The notes under the pieces were generated by a model. The model saw nothing but the letters and a program-made list of their open reading frames with translations. It ran no database searches and was not told the DNA's origin. A stretch of DNA of 64,000 bases from Raja brachyura (Eukaryota), in the NCBI GenBank assembly GCA_963514005.1, contig OY740809.1, positions 31,930,001 through 31,994,000 on the forward strand. The letters run 5' to 3'. Shown one piece after another: positions 24,374-38,139 of this stretch. A program made the position numbers and the translations under genes. Within the stretch, counting starts at the first letter, position 1. Every line of letters starts with the position of its first letter.

Positions 24374-25285
24374 GTAAGTGTTGTATTATTGGGATGCTCT
24401 CAGAGAGGTTAAACAAAGGTTCTAAGATGTCTTGTGTCGGCGCTGAAATGGAGCGGGCGTTCGTGTCCTGGCTTCTTCCGCTGCTTGTTTGATGGCTTCT
24501 AGGCTCTATGGTTCAATAGTTCTTTGTTGTCACGTATGCACTGCACAGTGAAATTATTTTTGCATAACATCGCACATTTATGAGTCGCCATATTTTGGCG
24601 CGATTTACAGAAGTCCAAAGTCCGGTCCACAAGCTCGGTGTATTGGAGCGGCTCCCGGCCCAGATAAGCCTCAGGCCGCTGTGGGGCCTCCTCCGACACC
24701 CTCAACCATCTTGGCACGCGATCCAACGTCCCTCTCCTCGCTCGGCTGCCTCTGTGTCCGGGGGGTGCTTCCTTCAGCTGACCTACTTGTACTCTGAAAC
24801 CCTTGCTGTAATTCATTGACTAAAGCACTTTAAAATATATCAATATCAATACCACAGATGTTAGATAAAATCTTTCTCCTTTTTACTATATATGCAAAAG
24901 ATTCCTTACTGATTTGGTGCTGCTCAAGCCCATTATCTTTGAATCACAAACTGAGTGTTTAGAAAACTTAAAAATCCTTGATAAAGCTACACGGATTCTA
25001 AGATGTGTTTTGAGAAAATAGTGAATAATCTGTAATGTAATAAACTTTATGAGCGTGTAATTTCAATCTGTTTGATGGTTTGCCAGAAACATTTATTTTG
25101 GTTGGCTTGCTGCTGTGATCGCAAGGCTTATTGAAGCACGCCATTAATGTTACTTTATTTAATGCAATGCGGCTTTTGTTGCATCCAAATAATGGTAGAT
25201 AAAACAATATTTCAGAACAACTGCAAATCAGTTTTATAATTTGAGTGATTGTTGTATTGACGGATAATTTTTTTTATTCCTTCAG

Positions 25286-25335
25286 TTCTATCTGCATCGA
25301 GTGATAAAAGACTCTACCTTGGAGAGATTCAGTAA
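25286..25335 (+). CDS. SNRNP40: SNRNP40 last coding exon (ILSASSDKRLYLGEIQ*); spliced CDS 1047 nt = 348 aa WD40 protein
   Basis: ttcag acceptor, TAA at 25333-25335; exon lengths sum to an intact frame. Confidence 0.97.
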
Positions 25336-25606
25336 AGAGGAACAGCCTGAGCAGAGGAACCCCTCCAGACTTTATTTGGTTACTGCCCAGAAACCGTTTG
25401 ATTCCCAGGGAGAATGTAATGGCAAGTGTATGTATATACACACGACTTGTTTCATGACAAGGCAAATGAGCCTGGTGGTTCTTGCATTCGGTGATGTGAA
25501 TGTAAAGTCATTGTTTCAGAATCTACGCAGTTTCTGTACTTGGAAATTCTGGCCTGGGTTTCAGTTTCATAATATGACTGTATAGTCCTTTTTATATTGA
25601 GGAAAA

Positions 25607-25612
25607 AATAAA
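25607..25612 (+). terminator. Probable SNRNP40 polyadenylation signal
   Basis: First AATAAA ~270 nt after the stop codon, followed by T-rich sequence. Confidence 0.7.
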
Positions 25613-25859
25613 TTGACATTTCTTTTGCTTAAAACTCTGACTGGACGTTGGTGTGAACAGTGAACGATTTTCTGAAAATGTCCTTCATTTCTAATAATTA
25701 AATAGAATCAGCATCACTAATACTAGAGTAGACCTTTTAGTTTACATTTTTCAACACTTAACTGATTACTAGTTTAAGACTAATTGTTGAATATAATTTC
25801 CTTGGGAAAGAAGTCTTGATTTCACACTTCTGCATTTAATTTATTCTAGTTTAAGATAT

Positions 25860-28380
25860 GGATGCATTGGTTTATTATTCTCACATACACCAGATGAAGA
25901 ACTTTATTTCTGTGTAATCCAGTCAAGTCCTAATATACATGAGTAGAATCATACTCTGCACAAGTACAACATAGTGCAAAGAGAAAAATACCAGAGTGTA
26001 GAATATAGCATTATCGTGGTGGAGTTACCGAGAAAGTGCAGATTAAAATAAAATGTGCAAGGCTTGAAATGAGGAAGGTTGGAAGACCAGGACCATACCC
26101 CACCTTCTATGAGGAGCATTCAGTAATCCGATCACATTGGGGAAGAAGCTGTTCCTGAATCTGGTGGTATTTGCTTTCAAGCTTTTGCATTTTATACCCA
26201 ACAGGAGGTGGGAGAAGAGGGATTGGCTGGGCAGAAAATTGTCTTTGATTCTTTTTGGTGCTTTCCCAAGGTAGCGTGAAGTGTAGAATCAGTTGATTGG
26301 GGTGGAAACTACCTTGTGTGATGAACTGGGCTACAACCACAGCTCTCTTCAATTACCTGCAGCTTTGGGCTGAGCTGTTGCCGACCTAAGCAGTGATGCA
26401 TCCCATTAGGATGCTTTATTCTGTAGAGGTTAGTAATTGGTGGAGACATGCCGAACTTCCTTGGTCTTTGAGGAAGTAGAGGCATTGTTGTGCTTTCATG
26501 ACCGTGGCTTCAGTATGGTTGGCCCAGAACAAATTGTTGGTGATATTTACGCATGGAAACTTAAAGCTCTCAACCATCTCACTTTGACACTTTGATGCTG
26601 TCCTCGCTTCCTGAAGTCAATAACCTAGCTACGCCTGCCTCTTTGTCGGGTACGTCGAACAATCTTTGTTCTCGGCGTACCAGGGCCCCACCCCCGACCT
26701 TTACCTCCGTTACATTGACGACTGCTTTGGTGTCACCTCCTGCACCCACGCAGAACTGACTGACTTTATCCATTTCACCACCAACTTCCATCCGGCACTC
26801 AAATATACTTGGACCATTTCCGACATTTCCCTACCATTCCTTGACCTCACCATCTCTATTGCAGGTGACACACTCCTGACTGACATCCACTACAAACCAA
26901 CTGACTCCCACAGCTACCTGGACTACTCTTCCTCCCACCCTGCTTCCTGTAAGGACTCCATCCCCTATTCCCAATTCCTCCGACTACGCCGCATCTGCTC
27001 CCAGGATGACGTGTTCCACACCAGGTCATCGCAAATGTCCTCGTTCTTCAGAGAACGGGGTTTCCCCTCCCCCACTATCGATGAGGCTCGCACCAGGGTC
27101 TCCTCCATACCCTGCAACACTGCCCTCTCTCCCCATTCCCCCACTCACAACAAGGGCCGAGTCCCCCTGGTCCTCACCTTTCACCCCACCAGCCAGCGCA
27201 TACAACAGATAGTCCTCCGCCAGTTTCGCCACCTCCAACGTGACCCCTCCACTCGCCACATCTTCCCATCTCCCCCCCTGTCTGCCTTCCGCAAAGACCG
27301 CTCCCTCCGCAACTCTCTCGTCAATTCTTCCCTTCCCTCCCGCTCCACTCCTTCCCCGGGCACTTTCCCTTGCAACCGCAAGAGATGCTACACTTGTCCC
27401 TTCACCTCCCCCATCCACTCCTTTCAGGGACCCAAGCAGTCATTCCAAGTCCGACAGAGGTTCACCTGCACCTCCTCCAACCTCGTCTACTGCATCCGTT
27501 GCTCCAGATGCCAGCTAATCTACATTGGTGAGACCAAGCGGAGGCTAGGCGATCGTTTCGCCGAACACCTCCGCTCGGTCCGCAATAACCAACCCGACCT
27601 CCCGGTGGCTCAGCACTTCAACTCCCCCTCCCACTCCGTATCCGACCTCTCGGTCCTGGGCCTCCTCCATGGCCAGAGTGAACAACACCGCAAGTTTGAG
27701 GAACAACATCTCATATTCCGCTTGGAGTTTGCATCCTCTGGGCTTAAACATTGAATTTTCTCAATTCTGTTAACCCAGACTGCTCCCTTCCCCCCCCCCC
27801 CCCCCCACCTCTCCCTCAGCCCTCGGGCCCTGACATTCCTTCTCCATCTCCCCCCCCCCCCCCCCCCCCAAGTCGCACTAGCTTCTCATTTTCACACCAG
27901 AAACAGCTTACAATGGCTTGCTTCCCTTATCACCAATACTTTTTTGCATATCTTTAACTCATTGTTCTTGCTTTATCTCTCCATATCACTGTTTATATCT
28001 CTCGTTTCCCTGATCCCTGACCAGTCTGAAGAAGGGTCTCGACCCGAAACGTCGCCTATCTCCTTCGCTCCTTAGATGCTGCTGCACCCGCTGAGTTTCT
28101 CCAGCTTTTTGTGTAACCCTCAATAACTTCTTTGTCTTGCTGGCGTTGAGGGAGTGGTTGCTGCCTCTTTCATCCTTGTACTCGGTGTCATCATAGTTTG
28201 AGATCCGGCCCACTATAGTGATATCCTCTGCAATCTCATTAATGGAGTTAAGTAGAATTTGGCCGCACAGTCATGAGTGTAGAACAAAGGTAGTAAAGGG
28301 CTGAGAAGGCATGTTTATGGGGCACCAATGCTGAGAATTATCGTGGAGGATATTTTATTGCCTATCCTCACCAATTGTGT
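25860..28380 (-). mobile_element. Old Rex1-type LINE fragment (~25860-26624 and ~28120-28380) split by the Penelope insertion
   Basis: Degenerate RISNYDDTEY, SLNASKTKK and FRNSFFP-like segments on either side of the insertion. Confidence 0.65.
26625..28120 (+). mobile_element. Young 5'-truncated Penelope-like retroelement: RT C-terminus (RYIDD), thumb and GIY-YIG endonuclease in one 362 aa open frame, followed by a hammerhead-like motif at 28022-28056
   Basis: ORF 26666-27754 (YLRYIDDCF, LPFLDL, YKPTDSHSYL, NLVYCIRC..YIGETKRRLGDRFAEH); TSD tcaataac at 26617-26624 and 28120-28127. Confidence 0.95.
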
Positions 28381-29194
28381 GGTCTTTGGTTCAGGAAGCG
28401 GATCAACCAGTTGCAGCGAGGGGTGCAGGGGATGATTTTGGATGGGATTATGGTGTTCGACGCAGACAATAAATTGGAGTCTGACGTCGGCCTGCCTGGT
28501 GCCGGCAGATCCGTTCCCAAAGCCGACTTCTGTGGCCGATCTGCTGTGGCCGGGGCTCTGGAACTCTGGCCCAGCTGGAGCCAGCTGATCCATTCCATAG
28601 CTGGCTTTACGGGCTGGTTACACCCCCCCCCCAGGCCATGACCTCAGTTGGTCCAGCAAAACGGTTAATACGGCAATGCTCTGGAACCAATGGAGCTGGA
28701 AAATCAGTGGTACACCTACACTCAACTCCAGAGGTACAACAATATAGCTAATTCATAACTGGCCATTAAGGTGCCAGCTGGCAGTTTGAATTTAAAGCAA
28801 GAATAAAATGGATGCCGTGTAGAATCTAACATGACAAAGGCACATTGAGCACAATTAGTGCTGCAGAGCCGTTCTTGGTCAATGAAATGATTTTCAAAAG
28901 CAGTGTCGCGCGAGTTGAACAAGCGAACAATGTGCCATAATGATACCTTTCTACCCTCTGGCTCAAACTCTTTTCTAACTCTGCCTGGTGCATTCTATTA
29001 AACATAGAAAATAAGTGCAGCAAGAGGCCATTTGGCCCTTTGAGCCAGCACTAAAGACTAAAGTAAGGAGTCACGCATGATGTAAAACTAAATCAAATGC
29101 AAAAGGTTTTATTGCTTGCCATAACATACTGTGAATAAACACTAAACTTTCAGGTGGCAATTAAACATTTTATTGTTTTGGAAAGATGAAACAG

Positions 29195-29463
29195 TTACGG
29201 GAACTTTGTTAGCAATATACGAATGAATAAAATTATGGTAGCCCCCAACAGTGCAAACAGTGCAACGGTGATGCAGCTGACTAAACCGACAGTGACAATC
29301 AGCTCATCCACATCAACGTCACTGATAGTGACACCCTTTTGTACATGCAAGCTCCTGCAGCCTAAAAGTAGAACGGCAATGACAAGTGTTAAATGAGCTG
29401 CCAGTACGATAATCACATCTTGCTCCAGGTGGAAAAGAACCTTGGGCTGGGTTGTGTAGAACT
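29195..29463 (-). CDS. Candidate terminal exon of an unidentified gene, with two hydrophobic segments (VIIVLAAHLTLVIAVLLLGC; LIVTVGLVSCITVALFALLGATIILFIRILL)
   Basis: Strong ttattttgttttgcag acceptor, 88-codon open frame to TAA, AATAAA on - strand at 29169-29174; phase 1 matches exon 34038-34110. Confidence 0.55.
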
Positions 29464-29487
29464 CTGCAAAACAAAATAAGACAAGGG

Positions 29488-30315
29488 GTGTCACGATTTA
29501 TGCGGATGGTGCCAGGACTGGAGGGTCTGAACTATCGGGAGAGGTTGGGTAGGCTGGGACACTATACCCTGGAGTGCAGGAGGATGAGGGGGTGATCTCA
29601 TAGAGATGTGTAAAATCATGAGAGGAATAGATCGGGTAGATACACAGAGGAGGTGAATCGAGGACCAGAGGACATGGGTTTAAGGTGAAGGGGAAAAGGA
29701 ACAGGAATCTGAGGAGTAACATTTACACACAAAAGATGGTGCGTGTATGGCACAAGCTGCCACATGAGGCTGGGACTATCCCATCGTTTAAGAAACAGTG
29801 AGACGGGTACATAGATAGGATAGGACAGGTTTGGAGGGATATGGACCAAACACAGACAGATACATAGAAAATAGGTGCAGGTGTAGGCCATTCGACCCTT
29901 CGAGTCAGCACCGCCATTCAATGTGATCATGGCTGATCATCCACAATCAGTACCCCGTTCCTGCCTTCTCCCCACATCCCCCTGACTCCACTGCCTTCTG
30001 AGGCAGAGAATTCCACAAATCCACAACTTCTGGGTTAAAATGTTTTTTCCTCATCTCAGTTCTAAATGACCTACCCCTTATTCTTAAACTGTGGTCCCTG
30101 GTCCTGGAATCCGCCAACATTGGGAACATGTTTCCTGCATCTAGCGTGTACAATCCCATAATAATTTAATATGTTTCTATAAGATCCCCTCTCATCCTTC
30201 TAAATCCCAGAGAATGGAATTCCTAGACCCTAAATTCCAGGGACTAGTGTAGCTGGGACATGTTGGGTGGTGTGGTCAAGTTGTGTCGAAGGGCCTGTTT
30301 CCACATTGTATCTAT
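29488..30315. mobile_element. Nested CR1 3' fragments: a + strand copy interrupted by a - strand HER1-type copy at ~29860-30230
   Basis: ORF 29947-30159 and CR1 3' UTR motifs. Confidence 0.8.
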
Positions 30316-32158
30316 GAAATTTAGCAAAACACAATTAGCTCTAAAATCTTAAGCATGCAGCTGAATGGGACCTTTATTTAAAATACTTCACCTGAATGGA
30401 ATTGCAGTGGTTAATGCCAAGGAACCGTGCTGCTTCATAAGCTAAAATGTCACTGAGTAATTAGTAACCTTTAATTTACTTTCAATTATGTTGATTGAAA
30501 GAAGATAACCTTTGTTCTATTGTGGGGAGTTTTAATCTTTGTTTGAATTATATGTCTAAGCAAATTTGCTATTAAAACTAAGAGAGCCTTATTTGTGATT
30601 GCGCATTAAGAACAGAATGTTCAACTTTCTTGATTGGTGAGGGTGTTTCTGGATTTGTCAGGGCATCAAAGGTTTTGACTGCGCTGTCCTTCGCCCCCCT
30701 GGTGGAGGAGTAGACCTCACGGCCCTCGACAACAGCACATTGAACTGGCTACAGCACCTGGAGGGCGTTACATAGCCTCTGCTGCCTCAAACGGAGGAAG
30801 AAGAAGAAGAAGAAGGTTACAGGGAGAAGACAGAAGAATGGGGTTGTTGGGGAAAAATAGATTGGCCATGTTCGAATGGTGGAATAGACACATTGGACCG
30901 GATTGCCTAATTCTGCTCCTATGTCTTATGGTCTGAAACTTCTCACTGAATAATATGTAAGAAAGGGTTTGTGACAACTGTCACCGCAATAGTTCTCATG
31001 CACCCTCTGCTATGAAAATGACACGGAATCAACATTCTACAATACAGTAGAAACAAGGAACTGCAAGTGGCATTTAACAAACCAAGACACAATGCTGGAG
31101 TAATTCAGCAGGTCAGGGAGAATATGGAGAGGTGATGATTTTGGTCAGGACCCTTCTTCAGACTGATTGGGGGGGGGGGGGATATGGGGGTGGAGAAAGA
31201 GGACAAAGATGCAAGATACATTTATTTGTCACATGTTCCAATTGGTACAGAGAAACATGTTGTCACCATACAGCCATATGAATAATAAAGAGCACAGAAC
31301 ATGATAGACTTTAACGCAGACATCCCCGCACAGTGGGATGAAAATTTCCCACAAACTTGGCAAGAAACAGGTTGATGGAGGTGGGGAGTGTTTTTTGACG
31401 GGATGATGGTTGGGCAAAGGATGGAGATGAAAAGAGCCACGGTGTGAGACTAAAGGATTGAAGAGTTGTGAATTGTGAAGCTAGAGGAAGGAATGTAGGT
31501 GGAGGGGAGAAATAGGTGGAAGCCCAGATGAGGCCCAGTGGAAGTGGGTGGTGGTAACATGGGAGAAGGGAGGGTTATGTAGTTACCTAAAATTGAAGAA
31601 TTCAATGTTCATACCGTTGGGTTGTAGGCTACCCAACAGTACAACCCTCCGGCCCACAACTTCCATTGTGTACATGATGCCAAGTTAAACAAATCTTTGC
31701 CTGCATGTGATCCACATCCCTCAAATGCATATCCATGTGCCTATCTAAAATCCTCCTAAACACTGCTATCATATCTGCCCCTATCAGCACCATTCGAAGC
31801 CCAGTCCAGGCCCCCACCACCCTTTGTATAAAAACAAACTTGGCCTGCACATCTCCTGTAATCTTTGCCTCTCCCACCTTTAAAACAATGCTCTCTAGTG
31901 GTTGACATTTCCATTTGGGGGGGGGGGGGGGGGGAGGAAGGTTCTGACTGTCTACCCTATCTATGCCTCTCACAAATTTATATATTCCTCTATCAGGTCC
32001 CGTTTACCTTCCCCCCCCCCCCCCCCCCCCCCCCTTCCTCAGCCTCCGATACTCCAGAGAAAAGGATAAAATAGACTACATGCAATCTCTGGCAAAATAA
32101 AGTGTCTACCTGGTACTTTGAGTGGTTCCACTCCGTAGTGACATCTCGCATCACTTAC

Positions 32159-32344
32159 CTCCTGTCATCCTCTTCCTTTAGTTCTGAATTATGCACCCAC
32201 TCCCCAGATGCATCGGGCCTTCGACTAAATCGTTGTCTATCTACTATATTGCAGTGAGTTATTCATTCTCATCACTCTGTCTTTGAGATTTGATGCTGCA
32301 GCCCATTTATCTTCATGCTTTTTTGTTGCTGAAATTGCTTACAC
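32159..32344 (-). pseudogene. Exon-like segment of the unidentified gene with stops in all frames (decayed exon or alternative terminal exon GVSNFSNKKA*)
   Basis: ctacag acceptor, GAG/gtaagt donor, 186 nt symmetric exon. Confidence 0.4.
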
Positions 32345-32885
32345 CTGTAGATTATTTCTCTATATTCACACCACTAAGCCATTTAATAAATATTAAATGC
32401 CATGAGTGCCTAGTACTGTATTTATTGAAGAAGGCAGACCCAGCCTGCTGAAACTTTCCTATATGAGGGTTGATAGATTTATTCTGCACTTTCTCCGTAA
32501 TATTTCAACGGTGTTTCATGCCAATCCAAATTCAACATGCACTCTCCTCTGGCTGCCTTGATCAAAGTTCCATATGAATTTAACATTACTGCCCTGTTTT
32601 TTTGTAGTCTATTGTTCTGGAAAGGTATTATGAAGAAAGTAATTCACTGCAAACTGTTTTATATGTAGGAAGGAACTGCAGATGCTGGTTTATACCGAAG
32701 ATAGGAAGAAAAAGCTGGAGTAACACAGTGGGTCGGGCAGCATTTCCGGAGAAAAGGAATAGGAGACATTTCGGGTCAAGACCTTTCTTCAGACTGAGTC
32801 AGTGGAGAGGGAAACTAGGGGTTTGAAAGGTGTTGGCTCTGTTTTGTTCTGAAGTCTGAAGAAAGGTCTCGACCCAAAACGCTAC

Positions 32886-33453
32886 AGGGCCTGTTCCACC
32901 AGCATGCAACTCTATGCGATGAACGCGATCAAACCGGCACCGGGGGCCGCGCGGAGGTCGGGTGATCCCCTGTACAGGGCCGTTCCCACCAGCATGCGCC
33001 TGCATGCGGCAAGCGCAACTAAACTGGCAGCGAGGGCCGCGCGGAGGTCGGGTGAGTGGTGCAACGCTGCGCAAAGCAAGACGAACTTGGAGCAAGTCCA
33101 AGGTAAGTTCGCCAGGACTTAGAGGGGCACACAGAGAGGGGCACCGAGGCACACACACATACAGGGCCACGGAGCCACACACAGAGAGGGTCACGGAGGC
33201 ACTTACAAATAGGTTCACGGAGGCACGATGTGTGTAAATGTCGAGGCGACTGCGAGCCGACAAGCCGTTGCTGCGCGGAATTTTTGGACATAGTCGGTTT
33301 TTCGGAGCCCCGCGCGGTGTCGGGACGAACGCCGCACAATTCCGCACGGCTCCGGCGATCGAAGTGGGACCGGCCCCGCGACGCCGGACGGCTCAAGCGA
33401 CCACATTAGGTCGCGCTAATCGCATAGAGTTGCATGCTGGTGGGACAGGCCCT
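32886..33453. mobile_element. PIF/Harbinger-type MITE, 568 bp, GC-rich
   Basis: ~35 bp TIR agggcctgttccaccagcatgcaactctatgcgat; 3 bp TSD tac; inserted in a Penelope tail. Confidence 0.8.
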
Positions 33454-34037
33454 TACCTATTCCTTTTCTCCGGAGATGCGGCCTGACCCACTGAGTTGCT
33501 CCAGCATTTTGTGTGTCTGCCTTCGGTGTAAACCAGCATCTGTAGCTCTCCCCCCCCCCCCCCCCCCCACACAACCAGTTTTAAGTGTTGTGAGTAGTAA
33601 TTACATGAGATGTTAAAAAAAAAATCAATGCGTTCAAATTGAATAAACAGATGTTTCTTTGCGACTGGTGAGTTTAAAGGTTGAAGCATGCCTGAAGGAA
33701 ATTGTAAACAGTCCCTTTTCAGGTATTCATCGATATGTTTTACATATCTGAGGTCTGCTGCATGGTATGCTGTTTCCTGCTTGGGTCATAACCACATTAA
33801 GGGAATTAAGTGCTTTCTGAGTGTCAAATTACCATGAGCAGCGCACGAGATGCAAATTGTCTCGTGTTGCATCTGTATAAATAACATGAATAACATTATC
33901 CATTTCATTTTTCATCAGTATGTTTGTTTGTTCAGATCTTCTGCAAGCCTAAGCACTTTTCTTTTGCAGAAACTAGTCGAAATATTGCCAGAGTTTCCAT
34001 GGCAATAAAAGCTTTTGTATATATTTGTGTGCGTTAC

Positions 34038-34110
34038 CTGTCTCTGTTGGAGCAGATTCATCTATTGCAGCCGGGTCCTCAGGTTCCCCCAGATTGATGC
34101 CTTCACTGAC
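34038..34110 (-). CDS. Candidate internal exon of the unidentified gene (VSEGINLGEPEDPAAIDESAPTET)
   Basis: gtgttttag acceptor, CAG/gtaac donor, 73 nt, open in phase 0 to 1. Confidence 0.5.
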
Positions 34111-35389
34111 CTAAAACACACATAGATTTGTCCATGATTGGAAGCCATTGAGAAGAAGCTAAGTTGGAGTAGGTTTCATAGGTTTGTGCTCAGTCATACG
34201 CAACGGAAACAGGCCCTTCAGCCCAACTCGTCCGTGCGAACCAGGAGGCTTTATAATTGAAGGTAGACACAAAATGCTGGAGTAATTCAGCGGGTGAGGC
34301 AGCATCTATGGAGAGAAGGAACTGGCGATGTTTCGGGTCGAATATTCCTTCTGTACATAGGTGCTGCCTCACCCGCTGAGTTACTCCAGCATTTTGCGTC
34401 TACTTTCGATTTTACCAGCATCTGCACTTCTTTCTTAAACGGTTGTTTAATTGAGCTAGATAGACACAAAATGCTGGAGTAACTCAGCGGGACAGACAGC
34501 ATGTCCGGATAGAAGGAATGGGCGATGTTTTGGGTTGAGACCCAGGTCTGAAGAAGAGTCTCAACCAAAAACATTCCGGTTCCTTCTCACCGGAGATGCT
34601 GCCTGTCCCGCTGAGTTACTCCAGCGTTTTGTGCCTCCGGTGTAAACCAGCATCTGCAGTTCTTTCCTACATGTGTATAGTTGAGCAAGTTCCATTTGGT
34701 TGCATTTGCCCCATATCCCTCCAACCTTTTCTTATCCCTGTATCTGTCTAAATATTTTTTTTAATATCACCATTGTACCTGCCCCTCCAAGCTGCTTCCA
34801 GCAGCTCTTACTATTTACACACCATGTTCTGTGTAATGAAAATGCCCCTTTATGTCTTGGAAAGTGTTGGTCTGGGAGCACACGCCAACAATGCATGCAA
34901 GAACATTGCAGGTACTCAATACTGCAAAGGATAACATTGACAAAGGACAAAGGACATTCATTGTCACATACACCAATTGGTGTAGTGAAATTTGAGTTGC
35001 CATTGCACCAAACACCAATAATATAAACACAACGTTACAGAATTTAACATTAAACATAAAAATCATCCCCCCCACAGTGGGATCAGCGTTTCCCACTGTG
35101 AGGGAAGGCAGCAAAGTTCAGTCCACTTCCTCTGTGCTCACCCGTGGTCGGGGCCTATTGAGGCCTCCGCAGTCGCCGCTACGGCAGCCCGATGTTTCAG
35201 GCCCTCTCATCGGGATGATGGAATGCCGGCGTCGGAAGAATGCTCTCAGCAGCTTGGAGTTCCGGAATGGCCGCTTGCGTTTCAGGAAATTGCGTTGGGT
35301 TTAGTGAGTGTGAGGTGTGAAATGGCGTGAAAGCAAAGGTCTGCAGGAGTAATGTTTGTTTGTAAAGTATCCATTACAATTGGCAGGAA

Positions 35390-35860
35390 GTTGTACGACC
35401 ATCTACGACGGGCCTCGACACAGTTGACGTTAAACTGCGACAATCTGCATCAGCCGGCGTCAACATTTCCAGGACCTCAACAGCGACAACATACGACGGC
35501 GCCTACGATATCTTGCGACCGCACGGATATCGGCATATCAAACAGCGGCAGCCGAAGTCAACATACGGCCACCCGTGACACGATACGACAGACTGCATCA
35601 CCGTCTATGACATCTGAGGACGACAGGTTGATGTATGATGACACAGGCTGTCGCAAAATGAATTGGCCAAGGTCATGACCTTGCGTCAGCGTACGACAGG
35701 GCGCACGACATGATAAGACACGCAGGTGTCGTGGAACGATTTTGAACATTCCAAAACCCAGCGGCGGCAAGGAGACACCGCGCGTCATTACGTGCGTCAT
35801 GCCGCGGCAACCTCTTTTCAGGCTGTTGCCGAAAATGTCGCCCAAGTGGGACAGGCCCCT
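35390..35860. mobile_element. Partial Harbinger-type MITE (right TIR agtgggacaggcccct; ACGAC-rich interior)
   Basis: TIR shared with the 32886, 46541 and 49372 elements; left end not found. Confidence 0.55.
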
Positions 35861-37291
35861 AAAAGTAGTCGGACACAAAAAGCTGGAGTAACTCAGCGGG
35901 ACAGGCAGCATCTCTGGAGAGAAGGAATGGGTAACGTTTTGGGTCGAGGCTTTTCTTCAGACCGGTCCCACTCCTTCTCTCCAGACATGGTGCCTGTCCC
36001 GTTGAGTTACTCCAAGTTACTGTGTCTATCTTCGGATTAAACCAGCATCTGCAGTTCCTTCCTGCACATAGATTTTAAGTATCCCATTTTATACAATGTG
36101 TCTCTATTACATTGAATGAGAAGGTTTCCCCAATTTAGCTGTGGCCCGAGCGATAGTCATGAATCCCAGATGTTAATTTGCTTCTACACAATAAAAATTT
36201 CATATAGAAATAATGATCCTATACGAAGTTCTCTCACTCGAGACAAAATAATTCAATACAGCGTCCATAAAAGTGATGCAAGAGTGCAGAGAAGGGTCTT
36301 CACTTTCCTCCTGTCTGAGTCTGATTTCCACATATTCTTAAATCATAGGAGCAGAAGTAGGCCATTCGGCCCATCGAGTCTACTCCGCTATTCGATCATG
36401 GCTGATCTTTCTTTCCCTCTCACCCCAATTCTCCTGCCTTTTCCCCATAATCCTTGACACCCTTACTAATAAGAATCTTGTCAATCTCCGCCTTAAAAAT
36501 ACCCACACAATATTAGCAGCTCTTGCACTTTTATTTGTTAATATCTCAAGAATCGTGGCAATATTATTAAGCTGGAATTCATTCCCCTTCACAACACCGT
36601 CATTCAATATCACAAAACGAGTCCTATGTTTTCATCTATATTATTCCTCCACTAAGCCACTGCGATTCCTCAGTCTTTCCTGTTATGTACCTACCCACAC
36701 AGCAATCAGATTATATTAATTGATCTCAGTTGAAAAGGCTATAGTTACAATGACAAAGTTTACAGTTTAGTATATTGTCACGTGTACCGAGGTACAGTGA
36801 AAAGCTTTTGTTGCGTGCTATCCAGTCAGTAGAAAGACAATACATGATTACAATCGAGGCATTCACAGTGTACCAATACATGATAAGGGAATAACGTTTA
36901 GTGCAAGGTTAAGCCAACAAAGTCCAATCGAGGATAGTTTGAGGATTACTAATGAGGTAGACAGGAGTTCAGGACTGCTCTCTGGTTGTGGTAGGATGAT
37001 TCGGTTGCCTGATAACAGCTGGGAAGAAACTGTTCCTGAATCTGGAGGTGTGCGTTTTCACACTCCTGTACCTTTTGTCTGATGGGAGAGGGGAGAAGAG
37101 GGAGTGACCAGGGTGCGACTGGTCCTTGAGTATGTTGCTGGCGTTGCTGAGGCAGCGTGAGGTGTAAATGGAATCAATGGAAGAGATGTTTGTTTGTGTC
37201 GAACCCCTTCTTCAGACTGATGTGAGGGGGGGGGGGGGGGAGAAGAAAGGAAGAGGAGGAGCCAGTGGGTCCTCGATTCCTCAGCCCACTC

Positions 37292-38139
37292 CTCGCTAGC
37301 GATTCCTCAGCCCACTGGCTCCTCCTCTTCCTTTCTTCTTCCGTCCCCACCCTCACATCAGTCTGAAGAAAGGTTTCGGCCCGAAACATTGCCTATTTCC
37401 TTCGCTCCATAGATGCTGCCTCACCCGCTGAGTTTTTCCAGCATTTTTGTCTACCTTCGATTTTACAGCATCTGCAGTTCCTTCTTAAACAAAAGTTTGT
37501 TTGTGTGATGGTCTGGGCTGTGTCCACAATTCTCTACTGGAGTCCTTCCAAAGATGCCTGGCCTACCTACTCATCTAAAACTACAAGATCCGGCTTCAAA
37601 AAACTTCAATCCTGCTTGGATGTTAAAAAGGACAAGTTCTCATGACTAATCTGTGGATAAACTGGGGAGAAAAAAAAGATGTTCTCTTTCAAAACAAAAA
37701 AAGCCCTGGACTAAGTCAGCGGCTCAGGCAGCATCTCTGGGGAACATAAATACCCACAAAGGGATTCGCTGACCTGCTGAGTTACTCCAGCACTTTTAAC
37801 TATTTTTTTGCAAACCAGCATCTGCTGTCCCTTGAGTCTCCTCTCGACTGTTAATGAGGGAGGCAAATTGACAACTTATAAGGAACTCTTGATGTTACAT
37901 TGAATGCATGCGTAATGCAATCCACATTTGGCGCAAAATCTACCTTGCTGTAATCTGATCAAGAAAGTTCTCCTAACCATTGTGGGCTCTCTAAGCAGAG
38001 ATCACAAAACTCTGAAGAAGGGTTTCGGCCCGAAACGTTGCCTATTTCCTTCGCTCCATAGATGCTGCCGCACCTGCTGAGTTTCTCCAGCACTTTTGTC
38101 TACCTTCGATTTTCCAGCATCTGCAGTTCCTTCTTGAAC
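37292..38139 (+). repeat. Segment duplicated in inverted orientation at 61868-62701
   Basis: Long unique stretches are reverse complements, e.g. gactaatctgtggataaa and aggcaaattgacaacttataaggaactcttgatgttacattgaatgcatgcgtaatgcaatccacatttgg. Confidence 0.95.

Noticed and set aside
30692-30706. CTCF-like motif
   Set aside because: An extra G breaks the consensus, and it lies in a (GAA)n-tailed LINE remnant (~30680-30815).
32799-33486. Overlapping ORFs up to 182 aa as a transposase
   Set aside because: Inside a 568 bp MITE; no DDE motifs.
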